64,000 bases of DNA from a virus, in IMG/VR virus record IMGVR_UViG_3300005613_000046, positions 1 through 64,000 of that record; one strand, given 5' to 3'. The position numbers and the translations under genes were made by a program. The notes under the pieces are model-generated. The model was given only the letters and a program-made list of their open reading frames with translations. It ran no database searches and was not told where the DNA came from. Shown in pieces: positions 18,420 through 27,479 of the stretch. Numbering within the stretch: position 1 is the stretch's first letter; each line of letters starts with the position of its first letter.

Positions 18420-19459
18420 TAATTTTTCTCCTCTTTATATTCTTTTAATAATTCTTCGGTTGTATCCAATGATTTAACAATTTCACGAATGATTTTATAT
18501 GGATCGGCATTTGATCCTGGTCTACGGTCTTCAACATAACCTTCCCAATTTTCTGCGGTGTCTTTTGGAACTCTAATTGATGCTCCACGATCAGACACAC
18601 CCCAACTGAACTTATTTATTGATTGAGTTTCATATTCACCGGTAAGTCTTAAATGATTTCCTGAACCATACGCTTTAATGTGATCGTTATGTCTTGCTTC
18701 AAATGCGTTGAATAGTGACATAAAATACTCTTCGTTTCCTTCATATCTCATAATACCCGTTGAGAAGTTTGTATGAAGACCTGATCCATTCCATTCTCCG
18801 TGAGTTAATGGTTTTGGATGAAGTTCAATATGGTATCCGTATTTTTCAGCAATCTTAAATAAGAAATAACGAGTCATCCAAAGATCATCACCACCTTTAT
18901 GTTTCCCTTGCGAGAACACTTGATATTCCCACTGACCTAATGCTACCTCAGCGTTTATTCCTGTAAGGTCAATTCCATAATTTAAACACATGTTCAAATG
19001 TTCGTCAACAAATGGACGACCCACCACATTATGCCCAACTCCACAATAGTATTCACCCTGTCCTTTTAGAATGTTTCTTTTATGACCCAAAATATTACCA
19101 TTAATTTCTTCACGAATAAAATACTCTTGTTCAAAACCAAACCAAAGATCTTCATGACCTTCAGTAATTTTTGATCTATAATTTGTTTCATGTGGAGTTC
19201 CATCAGGGTTTAATACCTCACATAAGACATAAACCGTTGATTGCATATCTTGAATATAATGTCTTACAGGTTTTAATAAAAGATCTGATTTTTCGGTATT
19301 TGCTTGTCCTGTTGATGATCCGTCAAAGTTCCACACCGGAAAACTATTGTCTAAAAACGCGGTGTCAATTGTTCCGTAATTAACAATTTTAACTTTACTT
19401 CTAAGGTTCGGTTCTGGTTTATACCCGTCTAACCAAACATATTCTAGTTTAATTTTCAT
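18419..19459 (-). CDS. glnII: glutamine synthetase type II
   Basis: KLEYVWLDG, LRSK, WNFDGSST, FEQEY, INAEVALGQWEYQ, WNGSGLHTNFS, RLTG, RGASIRVP, EDRRPGSNADPY; 346 aa. Confidence 0.93.
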   Translation of the reverse strand: MKIKLEYVWLDGYKPEPNLRSKVKIVNYGTIDTAFLDNSFPVWNFDGSSTGQANTEKSDLLLKPVRHYIQDMQSTVYVLCEVLNPDGTPHETNYRSKITEGHEDLWFGFEQEYFIREEINGNILGHKRNILKGQGEYYCGVGHNVVGRPFVDEHLNMCLNYGIDLTGINAEVALGQWEYQVFSQGKHKGGDDLWMTRYFLFKIAEKYGYHIELHPKPLTHGEWNGSGLHTNFSTGIMRYEGNEEYFMSLFNAFEARHNDHIKAYGSGNHLRLTGEYETQSINKFSWGVSDRGASIRVPKDTAENWEGYVEDRRPGSNADPYKIIREIVKSLDTTEELLKEYKEEKN

Positions 19460-19580
19460 TTTTTATATGTTTTCGGATTTTATTTTCAATATATAACCTT
19501 CTGATTTTTTTACCTAACTCGGTATCATTTGGTGTTTCTTTGATAAGTTTTTCTAAAACTTTTCTAATTTCTTTTTCCAT
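19449..19580 (-). CDS. small hypothetical protein (43 aa), not in ORF track
   Basis: MEKEIRKVLEKLIKETPNDTELGKKIRRLYIENKIRKHIKNEN fills the gap between two genes. Confidence 0.6.
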   Translation of the reverse strand: MEKEIRKVLEKLIKETPNDTELGKKIRRLYIENKIRKHIKNEN

Positions 19581-19581
19581 A

Positions 19582-20340
19582 TTATTTTCTAATACTTTCT
19601 TCTTTTTTTGTTTGTAATATTAGTCCTGCGATTCTTCTTTTAAACATTGGAAGTAAAGTTTCATTTATTGGGAAAATTCCACTTGATTCCATTTGAAAAA
19701 TGGGACTTGTTTTTTTGTCCACACTTGTGAACGAAGAAAATGTATTTATAATTTTTGGTATTGTCAAATCGTTTAATTGATCGTTATATATCAAATTAAC
19801 ATTTGTCATTTGTTGGGGATTGGTTTTGGTTTCTTTCTTTATTGAATACTCCCACACATAATGTTTTTTTTCGTGGTCAATAAAATAAAAAAATCCTTTG
19901 GGGTTAGTTATATTCTTTTTGTTTCTTCTTATTTTCATATCCAAAGAATCAAATACAATTGTCCATACAGATTTTGCAATATTGAAATATTCCATTATTC
20001 TTGGTGCCGAATACGATAAAATTTGTCTAAACTCTTTTTGTTCGTCTTCTGTTAATTTTGGCATTTCTTTAATTTTAAGATCTTTAACCAAAATTTCGTC
20101 ATCAATATTTATCAATTTTTTATCTGTGTAAATAATTTTTTGATCTCTAATCAATGCTTGAACATTCATTAAATGTAATGACAATTCTATGAAGCCAGGA
20201 TATAACTCAAGATTATCAAGTTTTTCACCCATTTTTTGAAAATAAGACAGTAATTTATACTCCTTATACTCGCTATCAATTGGTTTTTCAAACATCCAAT
20301 CTGTGTTCAATAAAAATTCAATTTTTTTTCTTCTTGCCAT
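19582..20340 (-). CDS. hypothetical protein
   Basis: ORF track 19582..20373; ATG at 20340 (MARRKK) more likely. Confidence 0.7.
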   Translation of the reverse strand: MARRKKIEFLLNTDWMFEKPIDSEYKEYKLLSYFQKMGEKLDNLELYPGFIELSLHLMNVQALIRDQKIIYTDKKLINIDDEILVKDLKIKEMPKLTEDEQKEFRQILSYSAPRIMEYFNIAKSVWTIVFDSLDMKIRRNKKNITNPKGFFYFIDHEKKHYVWEYSIKKETKTNPQQMTNVNLIYNDQLNDLTIPKIINTFSSFTSVDKKTSPIFQMESSGIFPINETLLPMFKRRIAGLILQTKKEESIRK

Positions 20341-20381
20341 ATGTTTTAAAACATACAACAAATTGTTTGACAAATAAAGAC

Positions 20382-21596
20382 CTAAGAGACCCTTAATACA
20401 TAATACTCGGTTCCATTTATGTTATATGTATCGTAGTCTCCATCGTAAGAGTTAAGTATTGAACCGTAACCATCTGAATTAACTACTGTGTCTACAATAT
20501 CATCAGTATTAATAAAATCCATAATAAAGTCTTTATCGTAACCAAACATACTAATAAAACCTTTTATGTCGTCTTCATATTCACTAACTCTATCGTTTAT
20601 TTCGTTTTCAATTACACTTTCATCGTAATCACCTTGAGGATCATCATTAATTTCTTGAATTGTTTCTTCTAAACCTTCAATTTTTAACTCAAGAGCTTCG
20701 TATTGGTCATCAGGTAAATCTTCATTTTCTAATCTTTTATTTAAAGAGTCTAAGGTTAGTTGAAGTTGTTGAACTTGTCTCATTTGTTGTTGTGTTAGTT
20801 CTAATGGAATATCATAATTATCAGGTTCGTCTCTTATTATGTCATCGTAAAAATCATATAACCAACTTCTCCAACTTTGTGTATCTAAAGCACCTTCAAA
20901 AACCCACTCTGAAAACGACTCAATTCCCATGTCGTCTAACATTTGTTCAACCGCAACTTTTGCTGCGTCATTGGCTTCCTCTTCTGTGTAAACATCATAG
21001 GAATTAGGATTAAATCCATTATCACCACCTAACCATTCGTATTGTTTTCCATACCCATAGGTCGCTCTTCCACTTGGGTAAATATAATACTTGTCTTCGG
21101 GAACCTCATTTCCTTCTTCATCTTCAACCGTGTCAACATAACCATTTTGTTCTAAGTGTTCATATAGAGCTTCAGTTCTTTCTGAATCGTCATCTTCATT
21201 TTCAACATCCCATTCACCTTCTTGTCTTTTTTCATCTAACTCAGCAAGTTTTTGATCCAATTTTGCTTGTTCCTTTATTTTCCACATAGAAGATCCGTAG
21301 TCACTAATATAACGATCTACAGTAATTCCGTTTAAGTTTGGAACATTAGTGTTAGAAATATCAAGTCTACCCATTACTCTTACAACACCGGTAAGTGGAC
21401 CAACATTTTTGTATTTACCAAGATTTAAGTCTCCAGTAATTACAATACCTTTACCTCTATATGGTTTAAGTCTTGTTATTCTTTCAGCAATACCACCAAC
21501 ATCATCCAATAACTCTAAGTATTCGTCAGGTGAAATTGAAACAAGGTTCTCATCTTGTTCTAAAATATAATTTTTAAAAAACTTTTTTAATGACAT
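20382..21596 (-). CDS. acidic, N-terminally tagged hypothetical protein
   Basis: MSLKKFFKNYILEQ; very D/E-rich; TATTTAT at 21602-21608. Confidence 0.7.
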   Translation of the reverse strand: MSLKKFFKNYILEQDENLVSISPDEYLELLDDVGGIAERITRLKPYRGKGIVITGDLNLGKYKNVGPLTGVVRVMGRLDISNTNVPNLNGITVDRYISDYGSSMWKIKEQAKLDQKLAELDEKRQEGEWDVENEDDDSERTEALYEHLEQNGYVDTVEDEEGNEVPEDKYYIYPSGRATYGYGKQYEWLGGDNGFNPNSYDVYTEEEANDAAKVAVEQMLDDMGIESFSEWVFEGALDTQSWRSWLYDFYDDIIRDEPDNYDIPLELTQQQMRQVQQLQLTLDSLNKRLENEDLPDDQYEALELKIEGLEETIQEINDDPQGDYDESVIENEINDRVSEYEDDIKGFISMFGYDKDFIMDFINTDDIVDTVVNSDGYGSILNSYDGDYDTYNINGTEYYVLRVS

Positions 21597-21701
21597 ATGT
21601 TATAAATATACGAATAAAATATAATTGATTTTTTTTATTTAGTGATTAAAGTTTAGTTAGTTGATATTTATAGACAAATAAACCACTTAAAAATAATTAA
21701 T

Positions 21702-21851
21702 ATGGGCTGCGGATGCAAAAACAAAGGACAGGCACAACAACCTCAAACTCAAACACAAACTCAACAACAAGCGTCTCAAACAAACGCTCAGACAAAATCT
21801 AATGTTCAAGAGAATGTGAAAAAAGTGATTTCAAAATATTATAGAAGATAA
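21702..21851 (+). CDS. small MGCGCK, Gln/Thr-rich protein (49 aa), not in ORF track
   Basis: MGCGCKNKGQAQQPQTQTQTQQQASQTNAQTKSNVQENVKKVISKYYRR; TATTTAT at 21665-21671; terminator downstream. Confidence 0.75.
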   Translation: MGCGCKNKGQAQQPQTQTQTQQQASQTNAQTKSNVQENVKKVISKYYRR

Positions 21852-21873
21852 TATTTGTTGTGTGAAAAATTAT

Positions 21874-21902
21874 AGGTGTTCTAATCGGACACCTTTTTTT
21901 TT
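21874..21902 (+). terminator. intrinsic terminator
   Basis: AGGTGTTC-TAATC-GGACACCT followed by a T run. Confidence 0.7.
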
Positions 21903-21922
21903 ATTTGATATTTATTAAAGGT

Positions 21923-23047
21923 ATGAGTTTAGAAAGAGTAAAGAATTTAATTCAGTCATTTAACGATGGTGACTACGATGATGATATTGAACCGTATTTC
22001 AATACCTTAATGAATTTTTTAAACTTTGTTAAAAAATATGGTTTATTAGATGAACTTGATTTAGGACAAATATCATCAAGAGAGTTTGATGATGAACTTT
22101 TTAACTTCTTTAAAGAAAATGGTGTTGTATCAAACATGGATTACGATAACATGCCAGAACAATTCAAAAATAACTTTTTACTTTATGGTTTAGAAAACAA
22201 CTATGAAAACACAATGTGGTTTATTACACATAATCTTATTACTGATGTAGTTATTAAACCAGACGGTTTTTATCTTCATTTAAGAGATAGAGAAGAACTG
22301 GAGATTTTATTTTGTGGTAATAGACGAGGTGAAGGTGCAAGATATGTTGCAAAAATTGTTTTAAGTGAAGATGGTTTAGGTCATGATTGGTATTATGACA
22401 ATAGTGTAAACCCACATCAAGTTGTTGAAGAACTGGATGACGCAAACATTACAGCACTTAAAGATATTATTTTTAAAGAAATCGGAGATAAAGAATTATC
22501 CTTAGAAGATTACAACTCTGACTTTTTTGAAGAACTTTCTGAAGAACAAGGAACTGAAGGTTATTTTAGATTAAGAGCCCAAGACTTAGAAGGTTTAGTA
22601 AAAGATGAAGAGGCCTTTAACGAGTTATGTGAAAGTGAGTTAGACGATTTAGGTCAGAATTTGAAAAGTTTATATTGGAATTCTGAAAATCAAGCATATG
22701 AAGATGAGGCATACGATTTAGTTTATGGTGGTTTAGAGGAATACTTTGAAGGAAGAATTAGTGAGGTTCCAAGAGAGGTAACCAGAACTGATGGGTCTAA
22801 AATAACAAGATACGATCAATATATTAAAGTAAGAAACTTTCCAAATATAATTACGACTTTTTTAGAATCTAACAAGGGTGGTTATTGGAATGATTCTCAT
22901 TTAGAATATTATGGTGGTTTAATTTCGTTAATGACTGGAATGATGAATAACGACGATATTGATTGTATTGATTTTAGAGCTCCTGATTATCCTGATTGGA
23001 ATAGAACAAGAAAGAATATTAACGAAAACTTCTCTGAATACCTCTAA
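21923..23047 (+). CDS. acidic hypothetical protein
   Basis: ORF track 21905..23047; ATG at 21923 follows TATTTAT at 21909-21915. Confidence 0.75.
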   Translation: MSLERVKNLIQSFNDGDYDDDIEPYFNTLMNFLNFVKKYGLLDELDLGQISSREFDDELFNFFKENGVVSNMDYDNMPEQFKNNFLLYGLENNYENTMWFITHNLITDVVIKPDGFYLHLRDREELEILFCGNRRGEGARYVAKIVLSEDGLGHDWYYDNSVNPHQVVEELDDANITALKDIIFKEIGDKELSLEDYNSDFFEELSEEQGTEGYFRLRAQDLEGLVKDEEAFNELCESELDDLGQNLKSLYWNSENQAYEDEAYDLVYGGLEEYFEGRISEVPREVTRTDGSKITRYDQYIKVRNFPNIITTFLESNKGGYWNDSHLEYYGGLISLMTGMMNNDDIDCIDFRAPDYPDWNRTRKNINENFSEYL

Positions 23048-23096
23048 CTATTTATAGTTTCATTTATTTCTCATATACATTTTAAAAACCAAAAAT

Positions 23097-23792
23097 ATGA
23101 GAAAATTAGAAAAAAACACAAGACGGTATTTTGTAAATCTATTTGCCGACTACATCTTATCTAAATTCGACAAATCAGAAAACACAATTATTCAAGTAAC
23201 CGACTTTGAAAACTTTGTTGTTGTAAATGGTCAAACAACAAGTTCAAATGTTTTAGAAATGCTTGAACTAAAATCTGAATTTATTGAGTCAAATAAAGAA
23301 TTATTTAATTCTTTGGATAAGAAGGATCTGAATGTAATTGATATTATCAAATACGATCAAGAAATAACAGATCTAAAACGAGGATGGATCAACGTAAACA
23401 AATCTTTATATGTTGATCAACATGATCCCATTTCAGAGATAAACATTTCATCAGAATTTCCATATGGACATAGTTTAGGGTGTGGAAGAGGAATGTTTTA
23501 CTACTCACACTATATCTTTAATCACATGCATTCTTTATTGGGTGTAGACAAGTTATATTTTCATTATTCAAGTGAACTTGATGAAAATGAAGACTACGAT
23601 ATTAAAGTTGTGTCTGATTCAAGATATTCAAAAAGTCAGATCACTAATCTTGTATTGGATGTGTTTGATATGGATCTAACCGAATTTAAAGAAAGACTAT
23701 CAAATTACAATTTTACAGAAGATATTACAAATCCGTCATTAGACAAACCATACTTAGTTCAAGACCGACTAATAGATGTGGTTTTAGTATAA
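23097..23792 (+). CDS. degenerate, shortened MetK (SAM synthetase)-like protein
   Basis: segments resemble MetK N- and C-terminal domains (ADYIL..., VVVNGQTTS, YGHSL..GR..FYYSHYI, LVLDVFDM); no GHPDK, central domain absent. Confidence 0.45.
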   Translation: MRKLEKNTRRYFVNLFADYILSKFDKSENTIIQVTDFENFVVVNGQTTSSNVLEMLELKSEFIESNKELFNSLDKKDLNVIDIIKYDQEITDLKRGWINVNKSLYVDQHDPISEINISSEFPYGHSLGCGRGMFYYSHYIFNHMHSLLGVDKLYFHYSSELDENEDYDIKVVSDSRYSKSQITNLVLDVFDMDLTEFKERLSNYNFTEDITNPSLDKPYLVQDRLIDVVLV

Positions 23793-23797
23793 AAAAG

Positions 23798-23825
23798 AAA
23801 CCCCACTTTAAAGGTGGGGTTTTTT
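23798..23825. terminator. bidirectional terminator between convergent genes
   Basis: AAACCCCACTTT-AAAGGTGGGGTTTTTT. Confidence 0.8.
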
Positions 23826-23826
23826 G

Positions 23827-24114
23827 TTACTTTTCATAAAATTCTTTAATGATTTTTAAACCGTGTTCAATATCTTCAAAATCTCGATCAGGAGCAAATA
23901 AACCTGTTTTTGGGACTTCACTTTCAAAATCTTCAATTAACATAAATGCCGGAACAAAATCGTTTCCTGTTGCTTCAACAAACATATCGTATTCTTCTTC
24001 AAACTCTTCAATGTCTCGATCAACATATATAATGTCTTCTTTATCCAACATTTCTTTTAACATGACACAAAATGGACATGACTTCATTGTAAATAAAACG
24101 GCTACCTTATCCAT
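23827..24114 (-). CDS. glutaredoxin-like protein
   Basis: FTMKSCPFC, FVPAF. Confidence 0.85.
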   Translation of the reverse strand: MDKVAVLFTMKSCPFCVMLKEMLDKEDIIYVDRDIEEFEEEYDMFVEATGNDFVPAFMLIEDFESEVPKTGLFAPDRDFEDIEHGLKIIKEFYEK

Positions 24115-24421
24115 TGATTAATTCTGTTACTAAACCTTTTATTTGTCCTTCAGAAAGAACACCAACTTTTGTTTCAACCACTTCACCTTTATTGAATACT
24201 TTAATAGTAGGAACGCTTCTAATTCCAAGACTAATTGCAATCTCTCTATTAAGATCAACATCCATTGTATACATTTGAACTTCCGAGGTATTCTCGGTAG
24301 TTAATTTTTCAAATATTGGTTTCATCATAGAGCAGGGGCGGCACCATTGGGCATGGAAGTCCACTATAACTTTTTCCCCGTTATTTATCTTTTGTTGTAA
24401 ATCTACACTACTAATTTCCAT
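24107..24421 (-). CDS. trxA: thioredoxin
   Basis: VDFHAQWCRPC, GIRSVPT. Confidence 0.9.
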   Translation of the reverse strand: MEISSVDLQQKINNGEKVIVDFHAQWCRPCSMMKPIFEKLTTENTSEVQMYTMDVDLNREIAISLGIRSVPTIKVFNKGEVVETKVGVLSEGQIKGLVTELING

Positions 24422-24755
24422 CTTTTTTTAATTTTTTTAAGTTTAATATAAAGAACTCAACATCTTTTTTCTTTCTAATAGGATAATATATTTTACAAGA
24501 AAAAGAAGAGATCATTGGCTCTAATTTTGATAAATATATATAAATGTCATTATCAAAAACAAAAATTGAATCTGAATAATGTGTTCCGTCAACATAATTT
24601 ATCCCCTCTAAAAAGTATGGTGTAAACTTTGGTTTATCCATTAAAGTTCCAGATGTTAATCCATGTCCATCTGTTAATTCGGTAATTGAGTAGAACTCCC
24701 CTGTCTTTTCGGTTATTAGTTCTAAAAATCGTTCTTCGTGTTTAAATGTTTCCAT
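24411..24755 (-). CDS. hypothetical protein
   Basis: 114-aa ORF. Confidence 0.65.
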   Translation of the reverse strand: METFKHEERFLELITEKTGEFYSITELTDGHGLTSGTLMDKPKFTPYFLEGINYVDGTHYSDSIFVFDNDIYIYLSKLEPMISSFSCKIYYPIRKKKDVEFFILNLKKLKKDGN

Positions 24756-24761
24756 AAGTAG

Positions 24762-24790
24762 AAATGGGGGTCAGTGACCCCCGTTTTTTT
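24762..24790. terminator. GC-rich hairpin/terminator
   Basis: GGGGGTCA-G-TGACCCCC between DUF932 gene and next start. Confidence 0.6.
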
Positions 24791-24793
24791 GTT

Positions 24794-25555
24794 TTATACC
24801 AATACCAACTCTTCAGCCGCTTCCCAAAGTTTGGTGTTTAGGTTGTGTGAAGCTTGAATGCTCTTGATCCCACGAAGTTTGGTTGTTCGTCCTCGTGGTG
24901 TTTGATAAGAAAATCCACCTCTCATCATTTTCTCTTGAATCACATTAAATACGGTCCAAAGATCACTTCCCTCATCCTCAGGACGAAATGGTGTTAGAAG
25001 ATCACTTACGTCAATTGACGCTGGAGCATTTCCAACAGCCCATCGGATTTGAACCGCTCGTTTGATTAAACGAAGTTTTTCTTTTTCGGTCAATTCTTTT
25101 TCCATCATTCTGGAAACTGACTCTTCAATTTTTGGAAGTTTTTTTGAAAAGTCCTCGGCTAAACCTTTAACCTCATCTAAAGAGAAATGGTTATGACGAA
25201 GTGAAAATCTTTCAGCAACTGAGGTGGGAACCGTAAGTCCGTTGGAACAAACTAGTCTAAAGAGTCCTGCTCCCATAGAGAAAGTTGCTGATCCATCGTG
25301 AGAGTTACGAATAATTGCTTCAACCACAGTGTCACCAACTTTAGGAAGTTGTCCATTTCGGTATTTCAACTCGTGAACAGAATGAATTCCACGACCTGTT
25401 TGTTTTACTGACGAAAGTTGCCAACCTTCACGATCAAACATCTCCATTACTTCGTTGGTTGGGACAAACTCATATTTGTTTGTCATTTTTGAAGATGGTG
25501 ATGTGGCGAATACTGCCGGAGCAATTGATTTGATTAATTCTGGTGTATATATCAT
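24794..25555 (-). CDS. DUF932/DUF945 family protein
   Basis: KYEFVPT, NSHDGS, GLFRLVCSNGL, DLWTVFNVIQE, LNTKLW. Confidence 0.88.
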   Translation of the reverse strand: MIYTPELIKSIAPAVFATSPSSKMTNKYEFVPTNEVMEMFDREGWQLSSVKQTGRGIHSVHELKYRNGQLPKVGDTVVEAIIRNSHDGSATFSMGAGLFRLVCSNGLTVPTSVAERFSLRHNHFSLDEVKGLAEDFSKKLPKIEESVSRMMEKELTEKEKLRLIKRAVQIRWAVGNAPASIDVSDLLTPFRPEDEGSDLWTVFNVIQEKMMRGGFSYQTPRGRTTKLRGIKSIQASHNLNTKLWEAAEELVLV

Positions 25556-25558
25556 AGT

Positions 25559-25675
25559 TTAATTATTTTCTTTGTTTTTGTGTTTTGTTTTTCTAGTATA
25601 GTTTTTCTTACTTTTTTGAATAGAAGGTCTTGTCGCCTGCCATATTTCATTCATAGTAAGTTCAATCTTTTTCAT
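25559..25675 (-). CDS. small basic protein (38 aa) with ArfA-like KxxYxRKxKH motif, not in ORF track
   Basis: MKKIELTMNEIWQATRPSIQKSKKNYTRKTKHKNKENN; TATCTTTG box at 25699-25706. Confidence 0.65.
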   Translation of the reverse strand: MKKIELTMNEIWQATRPSIQKSKKNYTRKTKHKNKENN

Positions 25676-25740
25676 TTTGTTTCTCGTTTATCACAATACA
25701 AAGATATGTAATTTTTGATAAATACCAAATATTTTAGAAA

Positions 25741-25770
25741 AAAAAAAACCACAGTTTTCTGACTGTGGTT
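25741..25770 (-). terminator. intrinsic terminator
   Basis: minus strand AACCACAGT-CAGAAA-ACTGTGGTT followed by a T run. Confidence 0.75.
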
Positions 25771-25798
25771 AAATTAATTGTATTCTGACAATTAATTC

Positions 25799-25876
25799 TT
25801 AATTTAAATCACACCAACCAAAACAAATTTTACCGAATGTGATTTTTTTTACTAACAAACAAATCTTTTTTTTCAT
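25799..25876 (-). CDS. 25-aa cationic Cys-containing peptide, not in ORF track
   Basis: MKKKICLLVKKITFGKICFGWCDLN, between the preceding stop and the terminator. Confidence 0.5.
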   Translation of the reverse strand: MKKKICLLVKKITFGKICFGWCDLN

Positions 25877-25889
25877 TTTTATTTTTTTT

Positions 25890-26186
25890 TTAGTTTAGAA
25901 TTATATTACCCCATTTTGTTTTTTGAATAAACCCTTGAATTCTTTCAATAGACTCTTCGGTGCTTACTATCTCAGGCATTTTAAGTTGTATAACAATATC
26001 AACCATCTGTTGTCGAGTAATTATGTGATCATCACTTTCTTTTGAATTTTTTTCACATTGTTCTCTTAACTTATCAAAAAACTCTCGTTTTTGAACCGAC
26101 CCGATTAAATCCATTAAATCGTTTGGGTTATTCTCAAAAAAAGTAATAAGTTGTCTTAAATAAACTTCACAATCTACATTTCCCAT
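25890..26186 (-). CDS. hypothetical protein
   Basis: 98-aa ORF; TATATTTG at 26192-26199. Confidence 0.7.
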   Translation of the reverse strand: MGNVDCEVYLRQLITFFENNPNDLMDLIGSVQKREFFDKLREQCEKNSKESDDHIITRQQMVDIVIQLKMPEIVSTEESIERIQGFIQKTKWGNIILN

Positions 26187-26225
26187 AACAACAAATATAA
26201 TTTTTTATTAACTTAAAGTCAAAAA

Positions 26226-27479
26226 TTAAAGACCTAAATCACTTAAATCAACATCATCATATCCTTCATCTTCATCCTCATCATCATAACCCATAGCATC
26301 TTTATAATCTTGTTCTTTCAATTCTTTAACAATTTCATTTACCATTTGTTGAATGATTTGTTGTCCTTTTGGATCATCACTTAAAATCAATTTTGCCAAC
26401 TTCATAAACTCATTAGCACTTAATGCTGAAAAACGCATAAACAAATAATGTTGGATGTGTTTCATGTCATCTTCAAACAATTCCATAGGATATGTTGCCA
26501 CAAATTTTTCCCAAAATACAGGACCTAATCTAGAGTCCCAAATCTCAGAAGGAAGTGAATCCTCAGCTCCTAAGACCATTTCAGCTTGTCTTGGGTCATC
26601 AGGTAGTCCGTGTGTTCCAAACACCTCGTAAACTCCTTTAACTAACTCGTGAACAAGAAGTGGAAATGTAACGGCTCTTGCTTTAACCGTTGGTGGATCT
26701 GTTTGATCGTCAAATTCAGATTGTCCCATTTGACCACCACCACTTCCGGCCATTCCTTCCATGTCAGGAAATATCCAATAAGCGTGTTCCATAAGCGCTT
26801 GAGTAACGGCATATAGGTTCATTAATTGTGGGTTGATGTCGTTAATCTCGTCTCTAACAAGATTATACATGTGTCCTCCTTTAAATGCCGCTCCTTGAAT
26901 AAGTGAGTTGATAAATCTTCTTTTTGCTCTTTCTAAATTGAAATTCTCAATATCACCCATAAGTTCTTCAACTTCTTCTTCACTTGGCATCTCAGGTTCG
27001 CTTTTCATACCTTCAGCAGCACCCATAGGTTGCATTACAAGTTGAGCGTCAAATTGCATTGCCCCTTCAGGAATACCCAATTCTTTTACAACTAATTCAA
27101 CTGCTAAATCTTCCAATTCTTCTTTATTTTGAGATTGGATCATTACAAGTCTTTGCATTGCTTGACCAACGGTCATCATAAGTTGCATAAGAGCGTTTCC
27201 TCCTTGAATGGTTCTTGTATCTCCCATCGCCATTCTAACTTTTTCAACTGAGTCTTTAAATCTTTTAGAAGATATCAACTCAACAAAGTCTCTATCCATT
27301 TTTGGCATTGCAGGAAAATTAGAATAAGGTGTTTGTTTTCCTAATATTTTTCTTTCTACATCACCGGCCATTCTTTCAGGACCTTCGTAGTCAATTGGAG
27401 CTTCCATAAGTTTGATAAACTCTTTTTTGGAAATACCTTCCGTAAATAATCTTTTTTTAATATTTTTCATCTTATTCAA
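26226..27479 (-). CDS. hypothetical protein, probably head-associated
   Basis: 417 aa; N-terminal ISKKEFIKLME tag-like segment; LVHELVKG; acidic tail. Confidence 0.7.
   Translation of the reverse strand: MNKMKNIKKRLFTEGISKKEFIKLMEAPIDYEGPERMAGDVERKILGKQTPYSNFPAMPKMDRDFVELISSKRFKDSVEKVRMAMGDTRTIQGGNALMQLMMTVGQAMQRLVMIQSQNKEELEDLAVELVVKELGIPEGAMQFDAQLVMQPMGAAEGMKSEPEMPSEEEVEELMGDIENFNLERAKRRFINSLIQGAAFKGGHMYNLVRDEINDINPQLMNLYAVTQALMEHAYWIFPDMEGMAGSGGGQMGQSEFDDQTDPPTVKARAVTFPLLVHELVKGVYEVFGTHGLPDDPRQAEMVLGAEDSLPSEIWDSRLGPVFWEKFVATYPMELFEDDMKHIQHYLFMRFSALSANEFMKLAKLILSDDPKGQQIIQQMVNEIVKELKEQDYKDAMGYDDEDEDEGYDDVDLSDLGL

Noticed and set aside
26226-27479. HELVK as a metalloprotease site
   Set aside because: Second His of HExxH is missing, so no protease call was made.
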